Below, piece after piece: positions 1 to 14,712 of a DNA stretch of 64,000 bases (the first letter of the stretch is position 1; every line of letters begins with the position of its first letter). The stretch lies in NCBI GenBank assembly GCA_951406725.2, contig OX597831.1, forward strand, positions 38,812,001 to 38,876,000, read 5' to 3'. The translations under genes and the position numbers were made by a program. The notes beneath the pieces are model-generated. The model saw only the letters and a program-made list of their open reading frames with translations. It was not told the origin of the DNA and searched no databases. The stretch comes from Octopus vulgaris (taxonomy: Eukaryota).

Positions 1-290
1 ATGAAAGGCAAAGTCGACCTCGGCGGAATTTGAACTCAGAAAGTAGTGATAGACGAGATACCACTAAGCATGTCACCCGGGCGCTATCCTGCCAGCTCGC
101 CGTCTTGAATGATAATAATAACAATAATAATAATAATAATAATAATAATCTTTTCTATTAATACTACAGGCCTTAAATTTTAGAGGGAAGAGACCAGTTG
201 ATCATATTGACAACAGTGCGTAACTTTATGCACCCCGAAAGGAGAAAAGTCAAAGTCGAACCCGGCAGGAATTTGAACTCACGACGTGAA
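1..290 (-). mobile_element. Two partial copies of the dominant SINE
   Basis: aaaggcaaagtcgacctcggcggaatttgaactc, the reverse complement of the core. Confidence 0.8.
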
Positions 291-296
291 GCCAAT

Positions 297-297
<1 letters not shown>

Positions 298-327
<30 letters not shown>

Positions 328-402
328 AAGAAGAAGAAGAAGAAGAAGAAGAAGAAGAAGAAGAAGAAGAAGAAGAAGAAGAAGAAGAAGAAGAAGAAGA
401 AG
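298..402 (+). repeat. (AAG)n microsatellite
   Basis: Direct observation. Confidence 0.99.
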
Positions 403-554
403 ACAACGACGATAACACAATAACAACAGCTGTAACGCATCAGAAAAACAACCACTTGCTTCCATACTTCTGTCTCCAGTTCAGATATATTATTGTTCCG
501 AATCTCTTTTACCATCTACGGTTTCTTTCAAAAGAAGAAGATGATGATGAAGAA

Positions 555-1420
555 AATGTTTGTGTGTCCTTGTTTGTCCCCTCTCTGTTTAGCTCCTTGT
601 GGGTAGTAAAGATATAGGTATTTCGTCTGCTGCTACGTTCTGAGTTCAAATTCTGCCGAGGTCGACTTTGCCTTTTATCCTTTCAGGGTCGATTAAATAA
701 GTATCAGTTACGCACTGGGGTCGATATAATCAACTTAATCCGTGTGTCTCTCCTTGTTTGTCCTCTCTGAGTTTGGCCCCTTGTGGGTAGTAAAGAAATA
801 GGTAATTATAATTCCTTTTAAATAAGGCGCCGAGTTGGCAGAAACGTTAGAACGACGGGCCAAATCCTTAGCATTATTTCGTCTGCTGTTACGTCCTGAG
901 TTCAAATTCCGCCGAGGTCGACTTTGCCTTTCATCCTTTCGGGGTCGATTAAATTACCAGTTACGCACTGGAGTCGATATAATCGACTTAATCCGTTTGC
1001 CTGTCCTTGTTTGTCCCCTCTGTGTTTAGCCCCTTGTGGGTAGTAAAGAAATAGGTATTTCGTCTGCTGCTACGTTCTGAGTTCAAATTCCACCGAGGTC
1101 GACTCTGCCTTTCATCCTTTCGGGGTCGATAAATTCAGTACCATTTACGCACTGGAGTCGATGTAATCGACTTAATCCCTTTGTCTATCATTATTTGTCC
1201 CCTTTATGTTTAGCTCCTTCTGGGCAATAATGAAATAAGAAACGTTAGCTCACCGGGCAAAATGCTTTGCGGTGTTTTGTCTGTCTTTATGTCTTGAGTT
1301 CAAATTCTGCTGAGGTATACTTTCGGAGTCGATAAATTAAGTACCAGTTGCTTACTGGGGTCGATCTGATCGACTGCCCCCCTCCCCAAACATTTCGGTC
1401 CTTGTGCGTAGAGTAGAAAA
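555..1420 (+). mobile_element. Multimeric cluster of the dominant tRNA-derived SINE
   Basis: Four copies of the gagttcaaattccgccgaggtcgactttgcctttcatcctttcggggtcgat core (B box plus Meta-like central domain; the fourth partly deleted), linked by an approximately 180-bp internal repeat. Confidence 0.85.
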
Positions 1421-1424
1421 TAAT

Positions 1425-3290
<1,866 letters not shown>

Positions 3291-3595
3291 ACTACTACAA
3301 TTACAACAACTAGTACTACAACTATTACCACTACTGCTGCTGCTACTATCACCACTACTACTATTCTTTTTACACTTAAATCACAGAGATGGTTGTTAGC
3401 TCGGCATCAAATGTTGCCAAACATCTTTTGATGATAATTATACGGGTCGTATTTAACAGTTTTATTTGCTCGTCAACACCCCAGTACGATTTGAAACCCA
3501 CCACAGCAGGCTTACTTAATTAATTTAGCATTTGTTGATTATAATTACAATAGAAATCTGTATTATTTGTTGCTTCTGTTGTTGTTGCTGTTGAT

Positions 3596-3597
<2 letters not shown>

Positions 3598-3637
<40 letters not shown>

Positions 3638-3650
3638 GTCGTCGTCGTCG

Positions 3651-3690
<40 letters not shown>

Positions 3691-3691
3691 A

Positions 3692-3763
<72 letters not shown>
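3598..3763 (+). repeat. (CAT)n(CGT)n(ATT)n compound microsatellite
   Basis: Direct observation. Confidence 0.98.
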
Positions 3764-4482
3764 GCTTCAGTAGCCGCCATTCAGTTTTGCTCGATCAGAT
3801 ATATGATGTTACGAAGATGGTTGATTCGTTTATCAGTAATCAGTAAACTTTTCCTATTGTTCTTGTTATTGCCAATGTCCTTCAAGCTGGTAGGAATGTT
3901 ACAATTGATAAGCATATATCGAAAATATCCAATCAGATATTACAAAAGTTCTCTGTTTACAACAACGACTTCAGAGAGATTTAAGCTGAAGCTCACACAT
4001 CAGAGAAAAAGCCTTGACATCCTGCAACATTTAATTAAACGCTATATTGTCCCTGTTACATATAATTTGTAATTTGAGACAACTCTATATTACGAAATCT
4101 CATCAACCTCGCCATTATCATTCACCTACATCACTAAAAGCACTTGAGAAAGGTATGGCTACAATATAATATATTTCTCCCTTAACATCCACAAATCAAA
4201 AATCATTGTTAGTCTGCAATTATATATATCTCTCGTAGTATTAAAAATCTTGTCAAGTCAGTTACATGACTCGGTTTTAATTATGAGGTGCAGCAAACTT
4301 CAATTACATTGCTAATGTCCTTAGTGAAAGCATGAACTTCATAGTATCCGGTTCGTATCCCGTAATGCATCTCACAGAAGGGGAAACAAACAAAAACCAA
4401 AAAAAAATACGAATAAACAATTATTTGTGACTTTGTTTAAATTACTGCTATAGGATGAAACGCAAAGTGTTTTCTAAAACAA

Positions 4483-4562
<80 letters not shown>

Positions 4563-4699
4563 GATGATTTATTTGTTTACGACTAAGCGTTTATACATAG
4601 ACAAAGCACGGTAGAAGGACGATGTCATCATATTATGAGAGATTATATGAATGCGTGTAAACAAAGAAATACCAAAACAAAAAAAAAAACAATAAAACT

Positions 4700-5125
4700 A
4701 AATAGTTCGAACGAGAAAAAAATTCTCTTGTGAAAACAAGGTAAACCCACGGTCGCCTTGACCACTAGAATAACTGACCTCTCTTCATCTCAAGATGCAT
4801 ATTCAGAGCAGGACTGTTCACCCGGACCATACTCGAAACATTCATCCACCTTTCACCAAATTTGCAGGAAGGTGGCGCTGCTTCCTTCTCAACCTTCACT
4901 TTCCTTTTGACAAGGACTTGGCCAAACAGAAGGTGTCTGATTTCAACCCTTTCAATCTTGTCCACCACACAACGTCCTTCATTAAAGCCACCAAAAAAAA
5001 AATAAATGCTACCGGCTTTTGCGGTTAGTTGTATCTGTCCTACACGCGACAGCACGTTTTCAAGATAATCCAACAAATCAGCAACGCTCAGAAACTGGAT
5101 GAGAGCACGCAGAACAGTTTCGTCT
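4700..5125 (-). mobile_element. L1/Tx1-like non-LTR 3' fragment (decayed)
   Basis: DETVLRALIQF..LDYLENVLSRVG..KRKVKVE..ERWMNV resembles an ORF2 C-terminus after the CCHC region; recognised by eye only. Confidence 0.5.
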
Positions 5126-5329
5126 CTACCACAATGCTATTGGATGACATGCATCTGCTTTCCATAATTGGTATTTAATATTTGTATCTGTAAAATGCCG
5201 GAGGGATTGACATATACACATGAACGCACTTTCATATGCACTCACATATGCACACACACACACACACACACATACACACATATTCACACACAAACGTACG
5301 AACATGCACATTCACACACATGCACATAT

Positions 5330-5790
5330 ATATCTATCAAGTGGCCTTCCCTTGGATAAGTCCCGTGCATATGAAAATCTCCGGCAGTTTCTAACATCTG
5401 CTGTCCTCTTCATTGAATGATATAACTTACCCGATCTAATATCGTCAATAACCCTCGCTCTCTTCCAAGCTCTAAGTCTTCTCCCCTCTATCACTGCCTG
5501 CAGAAGTCATCTGTCATTATAATATAGTTTATCCATCCTGCTTTCTTTCTCCTAATTGTATCCATAATGGGTCACTTCTCTCCAAATCCTTTAAGCCCTT
5601 ATACATTTCTCACATGGTCCGTCCAGCAGAACTTTTCCAATAGCCTTCAGAACTGTATTTCACAACATTCCACTCTCCTAACATCAGCTCTCATGATAGG
5701 TCACGTTCCTGATCCACAGATGTGCATTCTCTATATTAGGGTATTCAACTGCTTCACATTTCAGATCACAGTAGTGCTCCAGCATGAATG
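5330..5790 (-). mobile_element. RTE-clade LINE 3' fragment
   Basis: GSGTxPIMRADVRRVEC, WTDHVRN and IEGRRLRAWKRARVIDDI..MKRTA motifs typical of the RTE ORF C-terminus. Confidence 0.65.
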
Positions 5791-6055
5791 GTTACAACGA
5801 ATAAATAAATATATACATATATATATATATATCCACTTATATATATACTTACACATATATATATACATATATACATATATATACACATACAAACATATAT
5901 ACATACTATACATATATATATATATTATATATAATAATAAAATATTAGGGAGTAAATCCAAACTTACGTAAATCCAAATCTATGTATTGGCTTATGATTT
6001 TCACTGATTGATTTGCCTAATAGTGGTTTTATCTCTAATTTGATATAATATATAT

Positions 6056-6149
<94 letters not shown>

Positions 6150-6338
6150 ATATATAAAAGGGCTTAGTAAAATAAATTACTTTGCCGCATACTGAACTCA
6201 TTAGAAATAGCAGCTAAAAAACTTATTTAAAAACCATTTCTAATACTTAAAGAAAATCTCTCTCATATAGTGCTTGCTCAACTCAACTCACGAAAGTTTG
6301 GGGGTACAGACATCAAAAAATCAAATGCAAAGGTTATT

Positions 6339-6390
6339 TGAGAACGTACGTTTCAAGATTAGTCAACACGACACTTCTATCATCAGCTCA
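6339..6390 (-). ncRNA. Type I hammerhead motif in the inverted unit of the array
   Basis: Reverse complement of the 7423-7474 motif. Confidence 0.72.
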
Positions 6391-7422
6391 GAAACTCCTT
6401 GGTTTGGATTTGAAAACACTGAAAGTGAGCATACTCTTTCGGCTTCTCATCGCTTTCGAAGATCTGCTCGTAACTAACAGTGCCAACAAACTCAAACATG
6501 CAAGTGAAGAATTTCTGTTCTCCCCTTTCCACCAGCGTGGGTTAAAATCAGCAAACACTCTGCTTATTTCGGTAAAATCCGAAGCACTAATTAGAGGGAG
6601 ATTAATTATAATTTCAACAATTGAGGGTAAAATTAATTAATTATTAATCAATTTCACCAAGTGTTCAGTATGAAAAGGGACCATTTAAGGCGAATTCAAA
6701 TGATTTTAACCCACGCTGGTGGAAAGGGGAGAACAGAAATTCTTCACTTGCATGTTTGAGTTTGTTGGCACTGTTAGTTACGAGCAGATCTTCGAAAGCG
6801 ATGAGAAGCCGAAAGAGTATGCTCTCACTTTCAGTGTTTTCAAATCCATCCAAGGAGTTTCTGAGCTGATGATAGAAGTGTCGTGTTGACTAATCTTGAA
6901 ACGTACGTTCTCAAATAACCTTTGCATTTGATTTTTTGATGTCTGTACCCCCAAACTTTCGTGAGTTGAGTTGAGCAAGCACTATATGAGAGAGATTTTC
7001 TTTAAGTATTAGAAATGGTTTTAAAAAAAGTTTTTTAGCTGCTATTTCTAATGAGTTCAGTATGCGGCAAAGTAATTTATTTTACTAAGCCCTTTTATAT
7101 ATTGTAATAATTTGAATTCGCCTTAAATGGTCCCTTTGCATACTGAACACTTGGTGAAATTGATTAATAATTAATTAATTTTACCCTCAATTGTTGAAAT
7201 TATAATTAATCTCCCTCTAATTAGTGCTTCGGATTTTACCGAAATAAGCAGAGTGTTTGCTGATTTTAACCCACGCTGGTGGAAAGGGGAGAACAGAAAT
7301 TCTTCACTTGCATGTTTGAGTTTGTTGGCACTGTTAGTTACGAGCAGATCTTCGAAAGCGATGAGAAGCCGAAAGAGTATGCTCTCACTTTCAGTGTTTT
7401 CAAATCCAAACCAAGGAGTTTC

Positions 7423-7474
7423 TGAGCTGATGATAGAAGTGTCGTGTTGACTAATCTTGAAACGTACGTTCTCA
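7423..7474 (+). ncRNA. Type I hammerhead ribozyme motif (representative copy of the array)
   Basis: TGAG-CTGATGA-[tAGAagtGTCgtgttGACtaaTCTt]-GAAA-CGTACG-T-T-CTCA: stem I TGAG/CTCA, intact core, palindromic stem III ACGTACGT, GUU triplet. Same motif starts at 6862, 7983, 8543, 9104 and 9665. Stem II is imperfect. Confidence 0.75.
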
Positions 7475-10001
7475 AATAACCTTTGCATTTGATTTTTTGA
7501 TGTCTGTACCCCCAAACTTTCGTGAGTTGAGTTGAGCAAGCACTATATGAGAGAGATTTTCTTTAAGTATTAGAAATGGTTTTAAAAAAGTTTTTTAGCT
7601 GCTATTTCTAATGAGTTCAGTATGCGGCAAAGTAATTTATTTTACTAAGCCCTTTTATATATTGTAATAATTTGAATTCGCCTTAAATGGTCCCTTTGCA
7701 TACTGAACACTTGGTGAAATTGATTAATAATTAATTAATTTTACCCTCAATTGTTGAAATTATAATTAATCTCCCTCTAATTAGTGCTTCGGATTTTACC
7801 GAAATAAGCAGAGTGTTTGCTGATTTTAACCCACGCTGGTGGAAAGGGGAGAACAGAAATTCTTCACTTGCATGTTTGAGTTTGTTGGCACTGTTAGTTA
7901 CGAGCAGATCTTCGAAAGCGATGAGAAGCCGAAAGAGTATGCTCTCACTTTCAGTGTTTTCAAATCCAAACCAAGGAGTTTCTGAGCTGATGATAGAAGT
8001 GTCGTGTTGACTAATCTTGAAACGTACGTTCTCAAATAACCTTTGCATTTGATTTTTTGATGTCTGTACCCCCAAACTTTCGTGAGTTGAGTTGAGCAAG
8101 CACTATATGAGAGAGATTTTCTTTAAGTATTAGAAATGGTTTTTAAAAAGTTTTTTAGCTGCTATTTCTAATGAGTTCAGTATGCGGCAAAGTAATTTAT
8201 TTTACTAAGCCCTTTTATATATTGTAATAATTTGAATTCGCCTTAAATGGTCCCTTTGCATACTGAACACTTGGTGAAATTGATTAATAATTAATTAATT
8301 TTACCCTCAATTGTTGAAATTATAATTAATCTCCCTCTAATTAGTGCTTCGGATTTTACCGAAATAAGCAGAGTGTTTGCTGATTTTAACCCACGCTGGT
8401 GGAAAGGGGAGAACAGAAATTCTTCACTTGCATGTTTGAGTTTGTTGGCACTGTTAGTTACGAGCAGATCTTCGAAAGCGATGAGAAGCCGAAAGAGTAT
8501 GCTCTCACTTTCAGTGTTTTCAAATCCAAACCAAGGAGTTTCTGAGCTGATGATAGAAGTGTCGTGTTGACTAATCTTGAAACGTACGTTCTCAAATAAC
8601 CTTTGCATTTGATTTTTTGATGTCTGTACCCCCAAACTTTCGTGAGTTGAGTTGAGCAAGCACTATATGAGAGAGATTTTCTTTAAGTATTAGAAATAGT
8701 TTTTAAAAAAGTTTTTTAGCTGCTATTTCTAATGAGTTCAGTATGCGGCAAAGTAATTTATTTTACTAAGCCCTTTTATATATTGTAATAATTTGAATTC
8801 ACCTTAAATGGTCTCTTTGCATACTGAACACTTGGTGAAATTGATTAATAATTAATTAATTTTACCCTCAATTGTTGAAATTATAATTAATCTCCCTCTA
8901 ATTAGTGCTTCGGATTTTACCGAAATAAGCAGAGTGTTTGCTGATTTTAACCCACGCTGGTGGAAAGGGGAGAACAGAAATTCTTCACTTGCATGTTTGA
9001 GTTTGTTGGCACTGTTAGTTACGAGCAGATCTTCGAAAGCGATGAGAAGCCGAAAGAGTATGCTCTCACTTTCAGTGTTTTCAAATCCAAACCAAGGAGT
9101 TTCTGAGCTGATGATAGAAGTGTCGTGTTGACTAATCTTGAAACGTACGTTCTCAAATAACCTTTGCATTTGATTTTTTGATGTCTGTACCCCCAAACTT
9201 TCGTGAGTTGAGTTGAGCAGGCACTATATGAGAGAGATTTTCTTTAAGTATTAGAAATGGTTTTTAAAAAAGTTTTTTAGCTGCTATTTCTAATGAGTTC
9301 AGTATGCGGCAAAGTAATTTATTTTACTAAGCCCTTTTATATATTGTAATAATTTGAATTCGCCTTAAATGGTCCCTTTGCATACTGAACACTTGGTGAA
9401 ATTGATTAATAATTAATTAATTTTACCCTCAATTGTTGAAATTATAATTAATCTCCCTCTAATTAGTGCTTCGGATTTTACCGAAATAAGCAGAGTGTTT
9501 GCTGATTTTAACCCACGCTGGTGGAAAGGGGAGAACAGAAATTCTTCACTTGCATGTTTGAGTTTGTTGGCACTGTTAGTTACGAGCAGATCTTCGAAAG
9601 CGATGAGAAGCCGAAAGAGTATGCTCTCACTTTCAGTGTTTTCAAATCCAAACCAAGGAGTTTCTGAGCTGATGATAGAAGTGTCGTGTTGACTAATCTT
9701 GAAACGTACGTTCTCAAATAACCTTTGCATTTGATTTTTTGATGTCTGTACCCCCAAACTTTCGTGAGTTGAGTTGAGCAAGCACTATATGAGAGAGATT
9801 TTCTTTAAGTATTAGAAATGGTTTTTAAATAAGTTTTTTAGCTGCTATTTCTAATGAGTTCAGTATGCGGCAAAGTAATTTATTTTACTAAGCCCTTTTA
9901 TATATTGTAATAATTTGAATTCGCCTTAAATGGTCCCTTTGCATACTGAACACTTGGTGAAATTGATTAATAATTAATTAATTTTACCCTCAATTGTTGA
10001 A

Positions 10002-10314
<313 letters not shown>

Positions 10315-12829
10315 AGTGCTTGCTTTGTATCAGAGGAGGAAAATATACTGGTCAGTCCAAGGAAATTACATCGAGGTATTATATCCATTATGCGCTTTTA
10401 CGATCATTGGTCTTTGCGTCTCATCTTTCAACTTCGATAACATAACTGCCCGAGCAAGTACAGAAAATCTATATATTCGATCAAAAGACTGGACGGCGAT
10501 ACTCCAGCATGGCCCCGAAGTCTGAAATCAATAAAGGAATTTTAAAGTATACATAAAAAGTAAACATGAAATAAGTCCATCGTAGCTTTGCAACAGACAC
10601 TTACGAGTCAGGTTATCGGATGTTGAGTGACATATTAGAGCATACCGGAAGGCAGGTTAAGAGTTATAATGGTAGAGTTGTGATCACATGACAATCTATA
10701 AAGCGTGCGGGCACAAATAATGCTCCTTGCAACTGAATATTGTACTCTGCCGTTTATGTAACCAAGGTCAGATATGCAAGTCTAGAAAGGATAGGAAAAC
10801 AATTGCCTTTTATCTTCTATTTGTTTTGCTCGCCTTTTTATTCTGCTTTTCGGCAGCAATTCTATTCTTGGTTAGAAGCTTCCAACGAGTCAGTCACTTG
10901 TTCACTGGATTCCCGATGGTGAGAAGAACAAACGAGTCTCTGCAATGCCGGCAAAAGCAATATCACAGAATGGTTTTCGCAGAAATTACCGGTGTATTTC
11001 TTTTACGTTGATGTTACCATTTTTTTAATGAGAAATTGTTGATGGTAGCATGTTTACGTACAGTCATCGGCAGAAGAAAAGCACATTTACATATGAGTGA
11101 ATGCATGAGTGTGCGTATATGTGTGTATGTTGTGTGTGTGTAAGTATGTATGTGGAAGAGAGTGTATGTATGTTTATGTGAGCGCATGTGCATGTGTGGT
11201 TTGTATGGGTGCAGTATGGTAGCAAGTTTAAAAAAGTCCTATTCACAATGATCAGGTCTCGATTTCAATTTCACAGAGTGGAAGCTCATGAGTCTTAGTC
11301 AATACTCTTTCACATCCAACTAAATTATCTAAAGTCTGCAAGAAGTGTAACAGTCATGCAAATAGCCAAAAACACGCATTAAGCGAAGTTGAAATCCCAT
11401 CAACGAAGAATTAGAAACATCAAAGAATTTACTACAGTTTTATCGCGATTGCTGTTATTGTTTATCAGCATCTGTTAAATAGAAGCACATCCTATTGATT
11501 GATCAAGCGATGAAATGCAATTTCAAATATGAAGTACTTTCACACCATACACAAAATATCACTCTGTGATTCCTTTACTTCCAAATATATTTTTATGGAT
11601 CTCCAGCAGAGTAAAGCAAGCAAAATTATTGGATTCTTTTAGCAAACAACTATATCCAATTTCATTTCCAATCACAGAATAAAAATTAATGTTATGAGTC
11701 CATAGTATTTGTTATCTGATTTGTCAGTTATAACTAATTTTTAAAATCCCATTTGTTCATTATATACGCTAGTTTTTCTTCCTTTTGTTTTAAATTTCTG
11801 CCGAATTCTGCAGAATGCAGCTGTTTAGTTCATTGCTTTTATTCAAAGATTAAATTGATCAACTTGAAAATGGTTATTTTTTTCTGCAAATCCAAGTTCG
11901 GTCATTGATTCTGAGCATACAAGCAATACAGTGCATAAAAATAGGCTCTTAACAGAATGTGTTTCTACGTTCCAGCGGATGTCTTTTTTTGTTTCCTTCA
12001 ACGGTTCCTTAATATTGTTACAAAGGAATGGTTGGTTTTTTTTTGCAGTTTTATTATTGCTACCTACAGTTTTCTGGCTTTTAGCCAAATTTGATACTAA
12101 TATTTTGTTTATTCTCAAGTACAAATCATGCTATTTACTGCCAAGGTGTTTGTGGAACGAAGATGAATGGAATAGAAATTAAAGGAGACGGACTGAAGAA
12201 GGAAGAATGGCAGGTGGAAACGGTACAAAAATATAATGTAAAAAAATAGATAACAAATAACAAAAGGTGAATAAACGATAGACTACAACCAAAACAAACA
12301 AGAAAACTGAGTGTACGAAACATAATAGAATATCAAGAGAGATAAGATGTTAAAAAAAATATTAGTGGAAAGTAAGTAAGAAAATAGAAAATTTCCCTCC
12401 AAATAGGAGGGGAAAAAGAAGAGAGATAATAACTGCCAAAGCCGTAGGAAATAAAGTAGAATGAAACAGATGAGAATAATTGAGGTCAGATAATATTAGC
12501 TTGAATGTATTAATTTTTTTTAGAAAGCACAAAGTGCATCTCAGAGAAAAAAAATCATAGTATATTCAGTAGAATATTTGTGCATTTTCTGCAGAGTCGA
12601 TGCCATTGTAATTAAAATGAAAAAAAGCTTTTAGTGAAGAATCAAAACAGGATTGCGAATCGTATTCACCATAAGATTATTTGACTAAATATACTTCATA
12701 TTAAACATCTTGTAAATTAAATAAGTTTGCCGTGGACAAATCCCCGGAAATCATCATTTAAGATTGCGATATTGACGAAAGTATCTCGCAAAACTTAGGT
12801 ACAAAATGGATAAATCTATGCAAGTTTGA

Positions 12830-12985
12830 TAATTGGAAACTGTGCAGAAACCCATCCTATGTTTGACTGTGTAATAAAAAGGTTGCTTCCGAACGACATG
12901 GTTCATGTTGGACAAGTGTGTTCTCCTATGGCCGCGGACCGACGAAAGCCTTCTGAATAGATTTGATAGACGGATCGTGTGTGGG

Positions 12986-13046
<61 letters not shown>

Positions 13047-13258
13047 TTGTGTGTTTGTGTTTGTCCCAGTACCACCATCATCGTTTGACAACCGATGTTA
13101 GTGTGCTTACGTTACCGTAACTTAGCGGTTGGGAAAACACTCCGATAGAATTAGTACTAGGCTTACAAAGAATAAGTCCTGGGATCGATTTGTTCGACTA
13201 AAAACTGTGCTCCAGCATGGCTGCAGTCAAATGACTAAAAGAAGTAAAAGAATACAAG
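12830..13258 (+). mobile_element. Abundant SINE with internal (TG)n, family 4
   Basis: gacaaccgatg..cttagcggtt..aggcttacaaagaataagtcctg..ccagcatggctgcag. An inverted copy is at about 25140-25482. Confidence 0.7.
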
Positions 13259-13668
13259 AATATATATGTGTGTATGTGTATGTGTATGTGTGTGTGTATG
13301 TATGTATGTATGTATGTATGTATGTATGTATGTATGCATGTATGCATGTATGTATAGATATCGCTCAATTGACAGCCGGTGCTGGTTAGTTTACGCCCTG
13401 TCGCCTACTGATTCTATAAAAGCATCCAAGGACTCAACAAAATTATCACTGAGGGACATTTCTTCGACTTATCCTTCTGTGCAATGCTCTAGCTTGGCCA
13501 CAATTCAGTGGCTGATACAGGTAAAAGAGTGAAAGAGCAAATAAATAGGACTTGTTCATGGTATTACTGGATGTTTTAGGGAATGGAATGTACATGATCC
13601 GCAACTGGATTTGAACATGAATATCTTATTTCTAAACAGCTTATAAAGATGCAAATATCCATCTAAGT

Positions 13669-13930
13669 CAGTGGTTTCCAAACATGTTCGGGCTGCCACC
13701 CCCTTGAAACCCAGGCCACATTCCTAGCACCACCACCCCGACTAACCATCACAAACATAGATCTCCTCTGAAACAAATACAAAGCCACCGTATTTCACAA
13801 ATAAAACTTAACATAATGAATTCATATTTTGTTGTTTTTCCATTAATCGCTGCCCCATTATTGCCCCACGCCTCCTTGGAAATTTTCCACCGCTACAGGA
13901 GGACGATACCGCCCACTTTGGGAACCAATG
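13669..13930. mobile_element. hAT-type MITE
   Basis: TIRs cagtggtttccaaa / tttgggaaccaatg with a perfect 8-bp TSD atctaagt. Confidence 0.9.
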
Positions 13931-14514
13931 ATCTAAGTATATCGCTGTTGTTGTTGTTGTTTCAGATGTCTGTCCCTACCCCAGGTCAACTCTGATAGTA
14001 GCGGCCTATGATTTGCGGCAATCTAGGCATGATCATCTTGTGTTTTTGCGGACGCCAGTTTGGGATTTGAATAAAGATTTCTCCTCTTTTTCTATCAGAC
14101 TGAGAGGGCAGACATACAATCTATCTTTACTCGCTAATTAGTTAATTTGCGATATTGAAAGATAGAATCGACATGGATACAGATATTGTAAACATAGACA
14201 ATGTGAATGAGAACAGTTATCTTTAGAATAATACCTTATAAATAACTTGTCTGAAACATTCAGACATTTAAAGATTTGGAGATTTGATAAAAGAAATATA
14301 TTTGAAAAATAATATTAATTAGACTACATCTATTGAAAAAGAATATGATATCGAGTCTATGGTTTGCGGCAAAACAATGTATCTGATCATCTCCAGAGAA
14401 CTTATAAGGCGAGGTACGTTCTCAACATAGAAAAGTCTGCGTTATAAAGATAAGTATAATTCGTTTTTAATAGCATAACTCGAAATAGATAAGGCTAAAA
14501 ATAATGAGTTAAAT

Positions 14515-14712
14515 TTTGATACAAGGCCAGAAATTTTGAGGAACTGAGAAAGTCTATTAAATCGACTTCAGTATTTAACTGGTACTTATTCTATCGACCC
14601 CTGGAAGGCAAAGTTGAGATTGGCAGAATTTAAACTCAAATTGTGAAGACAGGCGAAATGCTACCAACAATTTTACACGGTGTACTAGCGATTCTGTCAG
14701 CTTACTGTCTTA
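14515..14712 (-). mobile_element. Dominant SINE, diverged
   Basis: Core match on the minus strand. Other copies are at about 16345-16540 (+), 20780-20907 (-) and 55045-55215 (-). Confidence 0.75.

Noticed and set aside
7171-9781. Repeated 122-aa and 65-aa ORFs in the array
   Set aside because: No recognisable domain, non-ATG starts, and the inverted copy is frameshifted. They recur only because the DNA is repeated.
10858-10919. Possible small exon (polypyrimidine tract plus CAG, GTGAGA donor)
   Set aside because: Splice-like signals only; no recognisable protein or partner exons.
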